DNA from: Podarcis erhardii
Taxonomy: Eukaryota
DNA: 64,000 nucleotides
Assembly (NCBI GenBank): GCA_964252035.1
Contig: OZ176200.1
Reading direction: 5' to 3' (one strand)
How positions within the stretch are numbered: position 1 is the first letter of the stretch; each line of letters opens with the position of its first letter. Made by a program: the position numbers and the translations under genes. This document shows, in pieces, positions 60,835 through 64,000 of this stretch. Below the pieces are notes generated by a model. It had not been told where the DNA came from. It was given only the letters and a program-made list of their open reading frames with translations, and did no database searches.

Positions 60835-61193
60835 ATAAAGGTAAAGGTAAAGGGACTCCTGATCATTAGGTCCATTCGTGACCGACTCTGGGGTCGCGGC
60901 GCTCATCTTGCTTTATTGGCCGAGGGAGCCGACATACAGCTTCCGGGTCATGTGGCCAGCATGACTAAGCCGCTTCTGGTGAAACCAGAGCAGCGCACAG
61001 AAACACTGTTTACCTTTCTGCCGGAGTGGTACCTATTTATCTACTTGCACTTTGACATGTTTTCGAATTGCTAGGTTGGCAGGAGCAGGGACTGAGCAAC
61101 GGGAGCTCACCTCGTCGCGGGATTCGAATCGCTGACCTTCTGATTGGCAAGTCCTAGGCTCTGTGGTTTAACCCACAGTGCTACCCATGTCCC
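60835..61193 (-). mobile_element. Full-length Sauria SINE
   Basis: Highly similar to the 30788 copy; (ACCTTT)n tail; TSD ATATGGTGG / ATACGGTGG. Confidence 0.92.
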
Positions 61194-61282
61194 ATACGGT
61201 GGTAATGGACAGATAAATAAATAAATAGCTTCAACAGCACTTCACAGCTCACATGGTGTATGTAAAGCATGGACAATAAAGA

Positions 61283-61338
<56 letters not shown>
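61283..61338. repeat. (TAT)n microsatellite, about 18 units
   Basis: Direct read. Confidence 0.97.
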
Positions 61339-61339
<1 letters not shown>

Positions 61340-64000
61340 AGAGCTGCTCCTACGCAGGAATTTTTGACCTAAACAGGATTTAGGGTTCATCCACACTTCC
61401 GTTCATCCCAATACGCCCCTCCCATTTGTCCCGTGAATTCTAGGCACAGGTCTGAGAGGTTATTTTTTTGTCCCACTGCTTTCCCTGTGAAAATCCGCTG
61501 TTTACTGCTGAGTTGGAACAAACAACAATCCTCAGAAAACCCAACTGACGTTTGTTCCAATCCAGCAGTAAATATGGGTCCATGAGCCCTCACTTCCTGG
61601 TAAGCATACTTAGTTTTGCAGCCTTGGGGTGCCAACAATTACAATGCAACCCAAGGCATGTATTTACTCAGAAGTAAACCCCATTTCTTCCTTGGAATGT
61701 GTGTTTAGGATTGCAACCTTAGGCTTCTTAACTCCCCTTGGTTTCAACTGACTGTGGGCTCATCCAAACTTTCTCTTGGCCCACATTTTGATCTTACTGT
61801 GTACCAATTAATTTCCCTGGGCCTGAGAGCTTTTCTTCTTCGTCAAAAATCTGAACTTAACAACTAAAAAGAAGCTCAGTTAAGCAAAGTCTCTCTTCGG
61901 ATTTCTCACACATCTGGTAAGATCCAGTTCAGCAGGTAAAATCAGATTTTCTCAAGGTACAGACGCAGAACAATGAGAAAAGCTGTTTGGCTCAGGGGAA
62001 TTAATCAGTACACAATATGATCAATATACTGATCAAGCAAGTGTGCATGAGCCCTGTGCACAGGTTTGCAGCCTTGGTCTACTGCTTATCATCAGCTATT
62101 CTGACTTAAAAATGGCTTACTATGTAATATTTTATTTTGAACTGCTATCCATGGCGGTACCAAATATAGTCATTGTTTGCCTTGTTTGTCCCCTTGCAAT
62201 GAACGCCAAGCATTGTTCTCAGTGTATTGTGAAACCTTGCTACAAACATTGCTCTTTTGTCAAATAGTGTTATCCAGTTGTGAATTTGAACAAAGGCTGC
62301 CCAAGGGGAAAATCAATGTGAGAGTTTCATCTCTTAGCTATCAGCTTTCAGGTGGTCATTCGAGCTACCATGCTGCTTTGAAGGAGTTTATCTTCACACA
62401 GCGAAAAGAAAAGGGAAGACAAGGCTCCAGGCTCACAGACCCCATGCATTGTGTGTAGGATCGGAATTGTGCCCTCTCTGCCCACTGGGCATGGCAGTCC
62501 TGCCTGACACCCACTAGCTGGGTGCAATGTTTGTACAGTATAAGAGCCCACATGCATAGGTATCCTTGGCAGCAATTCTGCAAGGCATTTGCAAAACGTA
62601 ACATATTAAATGCTTAACATTATTTTTCTGAAGGTTTGTCTCAGCTTAGTTGCAATGTGAACTTTATTCTCAAGAGTTTGGGGCAGGGGGTCACTGCCCA
62701 ATTGCATCCATTCAAAGCTTCTTGCAGAACAGTGTTTCCCAAAGTGAGGCAGGCATGCACCATGCTAAATGTACATGCAGAGGGGCACAGGAGCTTCTTC
62801 TCCTCTTGATTCTTGCATTCCTGCCCCCCATTTTTGTGTGTGCCCATTTATCCTTTTTTCCCCATGTTCTTCTGCTGTGTCACCCAAAGTTGCTCAGGAC
62901 CCTAAGAGTGCTTTAGTGGTTCTGCAGGAGGTTGCCTCCTCTGAAAGACGCCTTAACACAACATTGCAATACGTACAAAATATCATCCAGTCTCTATTCT
63001 GGCCTAACCTCACATTTTTAGGGGAACTTGCTGAGAAAGCTGCAGCAATACTCTGCACCAGCACCCGGACTGGGATCGGTAACTGACGAAAGGGGTGGGA
63101 TGTAAATTAAATAAAAATGAAACAGATTCCAAAAACATTTTCCAGTTGGGGCTCCAGTCCTCCTGTGGGATAGATGTGGCACTTGTCAGGATAGCAAATG
63201 ATTTATTTGCTAATGATTTCAGAACTGAGGACCGATGGCAACTGTGGTTACAGCAGACCTCACAGCACATTCAATACTATTGAGCATGGGTTGCTGTTTC
63301 AGCAGATGAGAGACATTGCAGGGTGTGACCACAACTGCCAGTGTCATAGGCACAAGAAGAGAGTCAATCAGTGATGATGGATAGCTATTCATCATCCCAG
63401 AGATGCTTAAAATGTAGCATCCCTCAGAGATGCAATCTGCAGCTCACTTTGTGAACAATAAATATAGGGGCCCCTGAGGAATGTCATGCTAAGAGCAGAG
63501 ATTCAGTTTGCTGATAATATGCAATTGAACGTTACTTGCCCTGTGAGGAACAGCAGCTCTTCCTGCTCCAGAGGAAGTGCCTGAACTACGTAGGACTGCC
63601 AGCTGCATAAACAGCTTGGGATCAGGCTAACTGAAAGTTTGCCTTCCTCTTCATGCATCTACTTGAACTTTAAAGTCCTCTTCCAGGGACCTATTCTGGA
63701 TACCCCTGCCAAACAGTGAGGTGAGTAACTCCTAGGGAGTTGGCCTTTGCAGTAATGGCACCTGAATTTGAATGAATTTACCTTATTACAGTCACAGACC
63801 AGCATAAGCAAAGCATCTAAATAAATAGCATAACAGTGAACGGCACCTTTATTATGGAAGAGCCTTCCCTGGGAGGCTCACCTGAGGAGGCTGTTGGGGT
63901 CTGGTGAACCTTCCGTTTGGGCAGACCTTTTAACCAACTTAGATAATCTGGGCTTCCATTTTTCAAAGTCTGTTTTTACTTTGGGTGGTGTGACGAGTTC

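Noticed and set aside
40000-64000. Search for exons of another known gene in the right third of the window
   Set aside because: Nothing recognisable by eye apart from the L1 ORF2 remnant; short exons could have been missed without a homology search

Overview
AT-rich vertebrate genomic DNA, almost certainly a squamate and probably a lacertid lizard (Sauria-type SINEs, squamate tRNA-derived SINEs, lizard-type CR1 tails and MITEs). Two protein-coding genes can be fully reconstructed with canonical GT-AG introns and consistent phases. (1) Translin (TSN), + strand, 6 exons, 14847-19593, 229 aa. (2) A convergent, uncharacterised Dbl-family RhoGEF, - strand, 6 coding exons, 39027-23141, about 1141 aa, with a ~700-aa low-complexity N-terminus, a Cys4 motif, a DH-PH module and a C-terminal KKRRNAL motif identical in core to the PKI pseudosubstrate. 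I cannot match it to a named human ARHGEF. A CpG-island promoter with a non-coding first exon at about 960-1650 points out of the window on the - strand (CLASP1 by synteny, unproven). NIFK, which lies between CLASP1 and TSN in human, is not recognisable, although an apparently orphan CpG-rich promoter-like segment sits where its 5' end would be. The rest is intronic or intergenic, with a 5'-truncated L1-clade element (20-bp TSD), Sauria SINEs, Tc1/mariner- and hAT-type MITEs, CR1/L2 fragments, microsatellites and a few candidate unannotated exons. No tRNA, rRNA, snRNA or CRISPR features were supported. All calls were made by eye without database searches.
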